Part shown: one piece after another, positions 21,428 to 33,487 of the stretch | Layout: each line of letters begins with the position of its first letter | How positions within the stretch are numbered: the stretch's first letter is position 1 | Origin: the human T2T-CHM13v2.0 reference genome, Homo sapiens | Assembly: GCF_009914755.1 (NCBI RefSeq) | Contig: NC_060945.1 | Reading direction: 5' to 3' (one strand) | DNA length: 64,000 bases | Made by a program: the position numbers and the translations under genes | Notes under the pieces: generated by a model | What the model was told of the DNA's origin: nothing | Database searches by the model: none | Seen by the model: the letters and a program-made list of their open reading frames with translations, nothing else

Positions 21428-21620
21428 TCAATCATTCTCAAAATGCCATGGTCCTGAACTAGCAGTATTAGCATTAGCTGAAAGTGGTTAGAAATGCAAA
21501 TCATGAACTGGCCCCACCCCAGACTTACTGAGACTCTGAAAGTGAAGTCCAGTGGACCATGTTTCAAAAAGCCCTGCAGATGGGTCTGATGCTCCCTCAA
21601 ACCTGGGAAACAATGGTTTA
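21428..21620 (+). mobile_element. MER5A (hAT-Charlie MITE)
   Basis: ttctcaaa...gttagaaatgcaaat...ccccaccccagacttactga. Confidence 0.75.
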
Positions 21621-21857
21621 AACCCATTGTGGTAATTCAATCCCTTGAGACAGTGAAATGGCCTAGGTCAAAGGGTACACATATTCTCCCAGAATCGATT
21701 TTCAGATCGCGGCTAGATGCATGGCCTAAGCTGACCTCATCTAACCAAAGAGAAGATTTCTCTCTGTATTCTGCCTCCCTACCCCCCAAGAAATAAATAA
21801 TTTGGCACTTAGTTACCATTGCCTCATCAAGAGAGGGAATAAAGCTTAGAAAGATGC

Positions 21858-22234
21858 TGTCTCAGTTCGTTTGGGGCTGCTATAACAGAATACCTAAGAT
21901 CAAGTAATTTATAAGAAACAGAGATTCATTTTTTACAGTTAGGGAAGCAGGGAAGTCTAAGGTCAAGGGTTGCATCTGGTGATAGCCTTTGTGCTATGTC
22001 ATCTCATGGCACAAGGTGAAACAGCAAGAAAGCATACATGTCTGAGAAAGAGGAAGGGGGCCAAGCCCATCCTTTTATCAGGAACCCATTCCATTGATAA
22101 TTATCTATCCCCACCATAACAGCACTAAACAACTCATGAAGGCAGAGCCTCTTAAAGGTCCCACATCTCAACACTCTTGCAATGGGATTAAGTTTCCAGC
22201 ACATAGCTTTGGGGGACACATTCAAACTACAGCA
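21858..22234 (-). mobile_element. MST-family MaLR solo LTR
   Basis: tgtctcagttcgtttggggctgctataaca...ggggacacattcaaactacagca; TSD gatgc at 21853-21857 and 22235-22239. Confidence 0.85.
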
Positions 22235-24589
22235 GATGCCAATTCTTCAAATGCCTGCCTGTAGAGGACAGGCAAAGAGACAATGTTCAGTGACATTGAA
22301 TCACAGGGTCAACCAACCTAAGTCTGCCCTACCCAATGACACTTCATAGCTGAGCAAATAAACTTCCTCATTGTTTAAGCCCTTGTAAGTCAGATTTTCT
22401 GAAATGTTTCCTCACTGATGGAGGTCACAATCTTCACTACTTGACAAGTGTCACTAGTCTGGTATCACCAACCTAAAGTCAAATGCTGGCGTGAAAAATC
22501 AATAAAGGCATGCAAGTGAAAAGTCAGTAACATTGTAGGCACAATAGAACTTTAAGTAAAATGACAGGTGTGAAATATAAAGAGATAGTCCCAACTATCC
22601 AACAACCAATGGAGTAGATATAATTCATAGTAAAGCTCCCTCCCACATTTCTAACAACAGAATTTGAAAGAGATTTTGTAAAACATATAAACTGGTATTT
22701 CCTTTATAAAATAGACAGTGCAGGATAAGACCATGGAAGGAAAACTAAGGGCAACTTTTGGATCACCTTTCCCCTCTACTTACTTCTATAAAATGAAGTA
22801 AAATAGACCGAATGGCCTCAGAGAGGATGACCAACTAACTCTCCAAACTCACTCAGGACTGGAGTTTCTCTAGACATGTGCCTTTCAATGCTTAAAGCAG
22901 TTACAAACACACCAGGATGGTTGGTTACTTTCCTCTGTGGACAAGTCTTGGACCAGAATTTAAGTCAATTAGATTTGAAAATTAACATTCTTTAATGTTT
23001 AGGGAGAGTCAGGTGACTATTTTCCCTGAAGAATCATATTGTGTTGACACCCAGTTACATCCTCCTTCACATTGAGTGTTAACATCATTCTCACGGCTGT
23101 ATCTAAATTAGCTTTCTTAGGGCACTGGCCAGGTGTAGCCTCTCAGAATGCTCTCAGCTGGAAAATGGAGGGCACTTCCAATTCCTTCGACCCATCTTTC
23201 TGTAATCATTTCAAATTTCCATTTTCCCTAGGGTATTATGTTAAATTTCATTCTCATGAGAGCTCTTGGAAAAAGCTCTGACTAAAAACTTTCCCACCAA
23301 TAGCTTGCCCCCAAAGACTATGCAGTTGGAAACTGAAACTCACTTTTGAAAGACAAAACAAAAGCATCCTTGCAAATGGATGGCAGACTGGACGCATGCC
23401 CTGTTTCTGTCCCCAGGTATTCTCCTCTTCCAGCAACACGTATGATATCCAGAGATCACAAAATAAAATGTGAATGTTTTCACTAGATCAAATAAATGAG
23501 GCACAAAATAGCATAAGAACTTATTCATTACACAAATTGTATTAGTAAATTAGAGGCAGAATTGGAAAAAACATGTGTTTACCCACATTCCAGAAATATC
23601 TTGACTCTCTCTATGCCTAAACCAACTGGGCAAAATTAGTAGAAACATTATATAAAAACAAAATACAAAACAGTAAATTTATTGTCTCTCGAAATTAAAA
23701 TAAACACAGAAAGAAACATTACGGTTTCAATTTTATCAGCATTAACAACACAATTTAGCTTGAAAACACTAATAGGAAGAAAAGAGGATTGTGATATTAT
23801 TACTACATAAAGAGCCAAATATTTACTTTCATGGTTCTTAGTCTTTTAACCTTCTTACCTGTTACTAAATACATGATGCTCTGAAATTTGTTTTGGCATT
23901 ACTAAAGAATATCCATTGTGTAGAATTGCAAACACTGCTGGTAGTCTTGACATTTAAGGAGCAGGTGGTCTGACGAAATGCTCCAGCATTCTATAACCTA
24001 ACAATTTGGATTCCATACCTGAACAAACAGGGAAAGAGTAGGTTAAATTTCCTGACCCCTGAAGTTTTCCAAAGGGCAAATTTAATAACTGCATTCCCAG
24101 TTGGTGATTGGGAGGTGGGAGAGAAGAGGGTTGAGGAAGCTCTTGGAGGATTAAAAAGCTACTGTGACAGCTGCCCACAACACACTATGCTGGTGAGAAG
24201 CAGGATGAAGAGCAATCACCCCAGAGAATTAAGTGGCTGCAGTGGTGCTGCCAGAACTTGGCTGAGAAATAACGCTTCCACAATCTTAGAAATAAGTGCT
24301 GAAATTTGCCAACTGATCTTCCTCTTTTAGGAGAATCAAGGTTATAAAAACAGAGCAATGCATTTGATTAATACAATTAATACATGCTTTTTGCTAGACA
24401 GAACAATAATGTTTAAACACACCAAACTAAGCTTCTTTACTGAAGCACAAAATGATATGATCTAACTGATAAACTCAAGGTTCAAACCCTAAGGACATCA
24501 CTGCACTTGACAAGACTGTGTATTATTATAGAACTAATGACCATTCTCTCCAGGACCAATGCATCTGTGTCATTGTCCCTTGCAATTTA

Positions 24590-24820
24590 ATAGTTAATAT
24601 GTGTTAGTGTACTATGTTGCAGGCAGTGTTTTGACTAATTTAAGCCTCATAACAATGAAAGGAGGTCGGGGTACTATAATTGTTACCATTTAACAGATAA
24701 AGAATCAAAGTTACACAGATATTAGATACATCACCCAAAGTTACCTCTCTAGTGACTAACAGAGCTGAACTTAAACCCAAGAAGTCTGGCCTGGATGTCC
24801 ACACCCCTAAACCACTATAA
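24590..24820 (-). mobile_element. MIR SINE
   Basis: Antisense MIR core (ccatttaacagataaagaatcaaag...cacccaaagttac). Confidence 0.7.
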
Positions 24821-26331
24821 TATATTGTTTTCCTGGTAAGAAATAACTCGGTCTTACTCAAAGCTTGTGACAAACATATTAAGCTTTTAGAAAATGTTGT
24901 AAATGTTTCTTTATACTTCTCATCTCATCTGATTGCCTTTCAATCAGTCAATGCCCAGGCCACTTAGGATGGGCACCAGGAAGCCCTTCTCCCCTCGTCA
25001 AATTTTTCTCTTCCTTTTCTACTCCATGGCTCCCCTTGCACCATCCCCCGCTGCCCTTGGTGGCTGAAGCTCAAGCAGCTGCTTGCACCTCATTCCAAGT
25101 CCAGGGGTTCTTACTCGAGTCCCCATGCTGGGAGTGTGGAAGTGAGCCTCCCTTTCTTCAGAGTAAAGCATCTACAAGACAAACTTCTATTTTGACTCTG
25201 TTAATTGCCTCTCATCACTGAAGTGTTATTTTGAAGTGTTATCATGTTGAAGACTCTTCCCGCCAGATACCAGTGAAGAGGAAAAAAAAAAAACAAAATG
25301 AGGACGAAGAAATAAAGAATTCTAACCCATAAAACACACAAAACTGTACATACAATTTCAGCAGGCTTGTAGACTCCTTGAAACCCCTGCCATAGGGCAA
25401 TACTGAGCAAAAGACAACTTTTTAACTGAAAAAAAACTTTTGTTTATTCTTGAAAGGATGTCGCCCATTTGGTAACAGTTGGGGGAAAAAGCAATTTTGT
25501 TCAACTGTATCTCAAAAGTGCCTCCCAAGAGAAGATATGTGGACATGGGACCTGTCAGGGAAACACTGAGTATGTCCTCCTGCATAGACCTTAGCAGGTG
25601 AAGATGACAAACAGATTCCTTAAGAATCCACCCTGCTGTCTGCATGGCCTGAATCACACTAGTATAGGAGAAAGAACACTGACCCATGTTACCAGACTTA
25701 ATTGTTAGTCTCTGCTTTTCTAGTATGTTGCTCTGGTATCTTGAATAGTTAATTCCCTTCTGTTCCTCTCAGTTTTTTCATCTGTAAAATGAAGTCTTCA
25801 GCTTAATAATCCTTAAAGTCCCTGTGATCATTTACTGTTGGATCTGATGTTGAGAGAATCGATGAGAGGAGCTTGAAAGACTCCTTGGAGTTGGTCCTTG
25901 GACCAGATAATCCTTAGACTAAACCTCTACCTGCAGGAGAAACAAACCCCTGCCAACAAGAAACTCAACAAAAACAATCACCAGTTTTTGTATGTACTCC
26001 CTTGAATGTACCAGGCAAGATGCCAGGTGTGCACTTTAAACAAAGGACATAGAAAAGGTGGGGGACTATCCCCATCTGTCCCCAAACCCTCTCTTGACTG
26101 CAGTTAACAAGCAGACTAAGTTTTGCTTGGCTTCAATACACACTGGAACCAGGAATTAATCAGATACCAGGCCCTGACACAACACTGAGGGTGCTCTGCT
26201 TCCAGGGACTGCATGTTCCTGCCACCTTCCTAGACTCAACCAGATGCATTGAACGTTGCCTTTTTTGTCTGCAAAAACAAACAAGTGGTGTGTCCTTAGA
26301 GGGAAATGTACTAGTCCACATCTCACAGCAC

Positions 26332-26568
26332 CAAGGTCAGGACTAGGATGAGACAAACAGGTGACTAGGGCACAAAATTTAAGGAGGCAAGATCATGCAA
26401 ATGTTGACGCTGCCCTTGTAGAACCCTGAAAGTCAGTGCCTCCTTAAATTCTATGCCCTGAGCTCCTAACTCCAGATCATGCCAGTGCAGATTCCAAACT
26501 TGCATGACCTTGCCTCCTTAAATTTTGTGCCCTGGGCACCTTGCTTGTCCCATCCTGAACCAGACCCT
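26332..26568. mobile_element. MER96-like palindromic hAT MITE, internally rearranged
   Basis: Arms agggcacaaaatttaaggaggca / tgcctccttaaattttgtgccct, plus an extra internal arm at 26437-26460. Confidence 0.85.
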
Positions 26569-27024
26569 AGTGCTGTGTGATGTGAACGAGTACATCTCCC
26601 TCTAAGAACACCACTGTTTGTTTATTTTTGCAGACAAGGATGGCAACATTCAATGTACCTAGTTGAGTAAGGAGGATGGCAAGAATGCTCAGTCCCTGGA
26701 AGCTGAACACCTCATTATAGTACCAGAGCCTGGCATCTGCATAATTCCTGGTTCTTATTTGTACTGAAGACCAAATGAAACTCACCAAGGCCCAGTCCTG
26801 CATTGTGCACTGGGTTGCACATACTCAATAAGAATTTGTAGACTTGCATTTTCTCTTCAACTTTTTATTCCTCTTGATGATCACTTTAACCAACTGCTCA
26901 AGAAAATTTTAAAAACAAGTGGAGCTCAACTCAAATTTATTTTTCCAACCTTAAAATATCAATTATTTAATTTTAATGTGCATAAAAATCACCTGTGGGA
27001 TGTCTCAAAAATCCATATTCCACC

Positions 27025-27396
27025 TGTTACCGTATGAGGGCTTCCATAATGAAGTACCATATACTGGGTGTCTTAAACAACAGAAATTAACTTTCTCACA
27101 GTTCCAGAGGCTATATGTCCAAGATCAAAGTATCTGCAGGTTTGATTTCTTCTGAGGCTTCTCTCCATGGCTTATAAATGGCTGTCTTCTTCCTCTTCCT
27201 TCACGAGATCTTTCTATGCATCCGTGTTCCTGATCTCCTCTTCTTAGGACACCAACCATATTGGATTAGGGCCCACCCTAAAGGTCTCATTTTAACTTAC
27301 TCACCTCTTTAAAAGCCCTATCTCCAAACAGTCACATTGTCAGGTACTGTAAGGCCTTCAACGTATGAATTTTGAGAAGACACAATTCAGCCCACA
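27025..27396 (-). mobile_element. MLT1A/B-like solo LTR inserted in a MER5-like relic
   Basis: cttaaacaacagaaatt...gattagggcccaccctaa...gacacaattcagccca; TSD ccacc at 27020-27024 and 27397-27401. Confidence 0.85.
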
Positions 27397-28549
27397 CCAC
27401 CTCCTCACTCTAGCCCCTACATTTTGATCCCATAAATCTTAATTGGGGCCAGAGACCTTTTATGGGTTTCTTTCTGTTTTATTTGTTTTGCTTCGGTTTT
27501 CATAAACACCTCCGTGATTCTAACAACATAAAATATACTTTGAAAGGAACACTACGTTAGGCTCCTTTCTCCTGAATTCCCAAGAATTCCCTCAGGGAAC
27601 TCTCCCCACTTCCCTTCCTAACTTATTTTCATGAGCCACTCATAGTTTCTCCACCAGTTTGTAAGCTTGGGGCTATTTGTCCTCTTCTTAATAGTTTTGG
27701 TCTATATCCAATGTATTTAACCACTTTTCTGAAGTACACATGAGTTAATGAAACCAAATTTCATCAAGAAAAAACATAATTTGTCTTTGAGTTTGCATCT
27801 CAGTGGCTGAGAAACAGAATCAGAGTAAAAAAATCTTTAACAAAACATGAGAAACCAAGTTCCCATTCCATCTTCAGGAGCAGCCATTTTTCTGTGAACA
27901 TAGGAAGCACTGTAGATATTTTAAAGAAAAGCTACTAGCAAAGTTGATGTTAGCACAGAAATCTTCATGGAATTAAGCACAGTCCCTGCCTTGGAGGCCT
28001 CCAGACAATGCTGACCCCTTAGGGCTCCCATGGGAACACCTAAGGAATACAACGTACTTGACTCGCAGCTACAGTCAACTAAACCAATGATAGCACACCA
28101 CCAGCAATGAAATACACGCCAGTTCCAGCCAGATGTATCTGTCCTTTCTCAGTTTCAGCATACATTGACCACAAGAATTTCAAAAGAATACTTTTCTAAG
28201 AGATTCCACTGATCCTGTGCTTCCAGTTTGGCTGCAAACTGCTAGAGCAGCATTTTTTTTCCAGCTGGCAATAACCCAAAGCAAAAAGCAAAACACCCAA
28301 CCCACAGGCATATTTACCACTTGAAGTTTTTGAACAGAAGCCTGTGAATTAATCAAGATCTTAAAGGCACTTTTCAATTTGTCTTTTAATAACATGATAG
28401 AATCTAGAAACGTTATATTTCCTTCCCTCTCAAGCATAGCATTCCACCCTACAACATGGTTTACTCAATGAAAGCATTTTATATGAAATTCCAAAAATAT
28501 AGAAATAAGATTTATAATTTCACACTTAGTTTGTTTTGATCAGATTTTT

Positions 28550-28830
28550 TAAATGTTTACAATGTTTTGATAAGGAAAATCAGAAGCAAAACCAAAAACT
28601 ATTTCTGATTTAAAAACCTGAAATATTAAGATGTGTCATGTGATAAAATTTAATGCATGTATGAAGAGGTTTTCTGAAAGAGGTTTTATTTTCCCAATTC
28701 AATCAATGTTTGTCCAAGATAAGGACAGAAACAGCATTTCAAGGATGTTCTCAAAGATATACTAAAAAAGATGCAAAGACTCCAACTTACAGGCTGCCAC
28801 TGACAGAGTTAGCTCAATTGAAAAAGTAAT
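28550..28830 (+). mobile_element. Ancient RTE-clade LINE 3' coding fragment (MamRTE1/L4-like)
   Basis: Hand translation: LR..HVIK, LKEVLFSQF, GQKQHFKDVLKDILKK, AATDR, which follows the RTE C-terminal pattern LRWxGHV..PKxxLYxEL..GGQKKRFKDxLK..AxDR. Confidence 0.6.
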
Positions 28831-31692
28831 CTACTTCAAGAATATCAATATTTTATAAATCCAAGACAATAGCAAAAGACACAAATGTACCTTCAGTAGA
28901 AGCAGTGTGACCATGAACCAACTAATAACTCAAGGTTACCCTTTCTGCCAAGGATATGTGTCCAATCCGTAATAATTTGCCAGTCCCCAAATTGTCTCAT
29001 CAGTCATCTCCAATTATAAATGTATCCAGGGAACTAGTCTGAAAAATAGTAATGCCCTTTTTTCCTTTCTCTTCCTCATCCTTCTTCCTTTAAATGCAGT
29101 GTGGGGATGTGATGAGCAGCACAGCGGCGACAGTGGTAACCATCAAGAGAAATGCATGATCAGCAAGATGGCTGACTAGAGGTGCCTAACACTAGTTTCC
29201 CCTCAACATAAAAAGGACCAAAATAACAAATAAACAACTAGATATAGACTAGAGCATCTAAAAGAGAGTGCTGGAATACCAGGGAGTAGAGGGAGCCCTG
29301 TGGAGCATAATGAAAACTCAGGATGTCAGCATAGAGAAGAGAACGAAGCATGCTGCTTCCATCACATCTTCTCCCCAGTTGAGACTGGTTTGGAGCCAAA
29401 ACGTGCATTTTTTTTTTTACAGGAAAAAAGATAAGGAGGGGATCCTGAACAGCCTTCATTACCACCATGGATACCTGCAGTCTTTGCTACTGGAGAGTCT
29501 CACAGTGCTCACAGACCCTGAGCCCTGTCTAGGGAGATGCCTCAAGTTCATATGGCCTCACTGCTTCAGAGAAGAATCCCATGTTATGCCTTTCCCAACA
29601 CCCACAACCCAAGCTTCTAAGGCACAGCACCATCTTGAAACTGTAGCCACTGCTATCTGCTAGAGTAAGCACTGCATCTCTACCATCATTTCACCAAATG
29701 GAACAATTGCGACCCCAGTGCAAAAGATCACTGCTCCCCTGCCCTCAAGTAACAAGCAGTCCTGCATGCAGAGAAGCAAAGCCCAAGTCAGTGCACCCAC
29801 AGTATACACTCTCTTGGTATGGGAACCAATCCAATGCCGCACCCCCAGGAAGGCTACCCCTAAGCCAGTGGACCCACTGAGTTCATCCCTTCAGCTTAGG
29901 AACCAGCCCAGTGTCCCAACCCCAGCAAGGCCACCACAAATGCCCCTTAGCTTGAGAAACAACCTGATGCCTTTCCCCTGGTGAGGTCACTCCCAAACCA
30001 GCAGACCCAGTGCACACACCCCTTGACTTCAGCACCAGCTGGCCTTCTTCCCCCAATAAAGCCATGCCACCACCACCACAAACCCACAAACTCCTGCAGT
30101 CTAGGCCACTGAGGCACTCACAGGCATTGCTAATGTTGATTATTGCTGAAAAAGACTTCACATTTACTACATAACTGCATCATTAAAAAAACAAAAACCA
30201 CGCACAATACCCAACCACCACCCAAGAACTCATCTGCAAGAGAAGTCTTTCCCTATGAAAGCTACTCCATAAAATTGGAAAAGGTGAATGTTCTTGACAC
30301 CACAAAAGGAACTCAATAATTCTCGAATAACTGGCCCCCAAAGAAAAGGAAATTTCCAAAATGCCTGAAATGGAATTCAAAACAATAATCCTAAGGAAAT
30401 TTAGTGAGATACAAGAGACTATAGGTAGACAATTCAATAAAATTAGAACAATTCATGATATGAATGAGAAAATCAACAAAGAGATGGATTTTTTTAAAAA
30501 AAGAACCAAGTAGAATCTCAGAGCTAATAAATTCAATAAATGAAATTTAATATACAACTGAGGGTTTCAACAAACTAGATCAAGCAGAAGTAAGCATTTC
30601 TGAACCTAATGACAGGTTTTTTTTTTAAATAACCCAGTCAGATTTAAAAAAAGAAGAATTAAAAAGAATGAAGAAAGCCCATGATACTTACAGGCCAACG
30701 TTAAGTGAACAAATGTTTGCATTATGAGGGTTCAGAAGGATAAGAGATGGAGAAAGTTATAGAAAACTTATTTAACAAAATATAGCTGAACACTTTCCAA
30801 GTCTTGGGAAAGATATGGGAAGTTCAGATCTAGGAAGTTCAGAAGTTCTCAAATAGATTTCACCCAAAAATATCCTCTCTGAGGCACATCGTAATCAAAT
30901 CAAAAGTCAAAGTCAGAGAATTATAAAAGCAGAAAGAGAAAAGTGTTAAGTTACATATGAGACAGTTCCCACTAGACTGAGCAGATTTCTCAGCAGAAAC
31001 CTTGCAGGCCAGGAGAGAATGGGATGATATAGTCAAAATGCTAAAAGACATAAAAACTACCAATCAAAAATACCATACCCTGCAAAACTATCCTTCAGAA
31101 ATGAAGGAGAAATAAAGTCTTTCCCAAACAAGCAAAATGTGGAAGAATTTATCACCACTAGACAAGCCTTACAAAAAATGCTTAAGGAAGTGTTTCAACA
31201 GGAAACAAAAGGAAAGTCATTACTATCAGTGTACTGTAGCGATGGTATGAAAATGTTTCAAATATCTAGTATGAAGGTTGAAAGCCAAAATGGCCAAAAG
31301 TAACTATAGCTACAATAAGTTGTTAGGGAACCCACAATACGAAAACATGTAAATTAAGGCAACAAAAATATAAATTGTAGGTGGAGGATAAAAATCTAGT
31401 GTATATATGCAACCAAAGTTAAGTTGTTATCAGCTTAAAATAGTATAACTACAAGATTCCTTATGTTAGCCCCATGGTAACCACAGAGAAAAAAAATATA
31501 GCAGATGCAAGAGACAGAAGGAGAAAGGAATCAAAGCTTATCAGTAGAGAAAACCACCAAATCAGAAATATAAGCAATAAGAAAGAAAGAAGCAAATAAT
31601 CTACAAAACAATCAGAAAACAGTTAACAAAATGGCAGGAACAAGTCCATTTAATAAACTTGAATGTAAATGGATTAAATTCTCCAATTAAAA

Positions 31693-32660
31693 TGCACAGC
31701 AAAAGAAACAATCATCAGAGTGAACAGAAAACCTAGAGAATGGGTCAAAATTCTTGCAGTCTATCCATTTGACAAAGGTCTAATATCCAGAATCTCAAGG
31801 AGCTTAAATTTACAGGAAAAAAACAACCTCATTAAAAAGTAGGCAAAGGACATGAACAGACACTTCTCAAAAGAGGATGTACATGCAGCCAACAAACATA
31901 TGAAAAAAAAGCTCAACATCACTGATCATTAGAGAAATGCAAATCAAAACCACAATGAAATACCATCTCATGCCAATCAGAATGGCTACTAGTAAAAAGT
32001 CAAAAAAACAACAGATGTTGGTGAGGTTGTGGAGAAAAAAGAACACTTTTACACTGTTGGTAGGAGTGTAAATTAGTTCAACCATTGTGGCAATTTCTCA
32101 AAGACCTAGAAACAGAAATACCATTTGACCAAGCAATCCCATTATTGGGTACATACCCAAAGGAATATAAATCATTCTATTATAAAGATACATGCATGCA
32201 TATGTTCATTGCAGCACTATAGCAAAGTCATGGAATCAACCTAAATGCCCATCAATGATAGACTGGATAAAGAAAATGTGGTACATACACACGATGGAAT
32301 ACTATGCAGCCATAAGATGAGAGCATGTCCTTTGCAGGGACATGGATGGAGATGGAAGCCATTATCCTCAGCAAACTAATGCAGGAACAGAAAACCGACC
32401 ACCACATGTTCTCACTTGCAAATGGGAGCTAATTTATGAGAACACATGGACACGTGGGGAGGAACAACACACACTGGGCACCTGTTCGGGGGGAAGGAGG
32501 GAGAGCATCAAGAAGATTAGCTAATGAATGCTGGGTTTAATACCTGGGTGACAGGATGATCTGTGCAGTAAACCACCATGGCACACATTTACCTATTAAC
32601 AAACCTGTACATTCTGCACATGTACCCCTGAACTTAAAATAAAAGTTGAAAAAAAAAAGA
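31693..32660 (+). mobile_element. 5'-truncated older L1PA inserted near the ORF2 start of the host L1
   Basis: L1PA 3' end with A-tail; host ORF2 resumes afterwards (aagaccctactatatactgcc). Confidence 0.85.
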
Positions 32661-33011
32661 GGAGAGAGTAATGGAATAGTTTTTTTTTTAAGACCCTACT
32701 ATATACTGCCTATGTGAAACTCATTTTACCTATAAGGATGCACAAAGACTGAAAGTGAAGTGATAGAAAAAGATATTCCACACAAATGGAAACCAAAAAA
32801 ACCCCAAAGTAGCTATACATCTATGAAATAAGTAGACTAACTCAGAAACTGGAAAAAGAAACAAAGACTGTCATTTCAGCTGAAAGATCTATTCAGCAGA
32901 AGGATATAACAATCATAAATATATATGAACCCAACACTGGAGCACCCAAATATAAAAAGCAAACATTATTAGATTTAAAGGGAAATATAGACTATAATAT
33001 GTAATAGTAGC

Positions 33012-33145
33012 AGCCAGGCACAGTGGCTCATGCCTGTAATTGCAGCACTTTGGGAGGCCAAGGCTGTGGATCACCCCAGGTCAGGATTTCAAGATAAACC
33101 TGGCCAACATGGCAAACGCCTTCTCTACTAAAAATATAAAAATTA
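33012..33145 (+). mobile_element. Alu left arm only
   Basis: Stops at the middle A-rich linker (ctactaaaaatataaaaattag). Confidence 0.9.
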
Positions 33146-33159
33146 GAATTGGTAGTATT

Positions 33160-33485
33160 CCATATAAATATATATATCCATATATATACACACACACATA
33201 CATATCCATATATACATAGATATACAAATATATACATATATATACCTATATACATATATATTCATATATCCATATATAGATATATACATATATCCATAAA
33301 TATCCATATATCCATATATAGATGTATATCCATATATATCCATATATCCACATATGGATATATATATATATCTCCATATATACATATACAGATATATATA
33401 CATATATATCCATATATACATATATCCATATATATCCATATATACATATATATATCCATATATATCCATATATACATATATATTT
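33160..33485. repeat. Compound TA-rich microsatellite (TATCCATATA/TATACATA units)
   Basis: Direct inspection. Confidence 0.95.
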
Positions 33486-33487
33486 AT

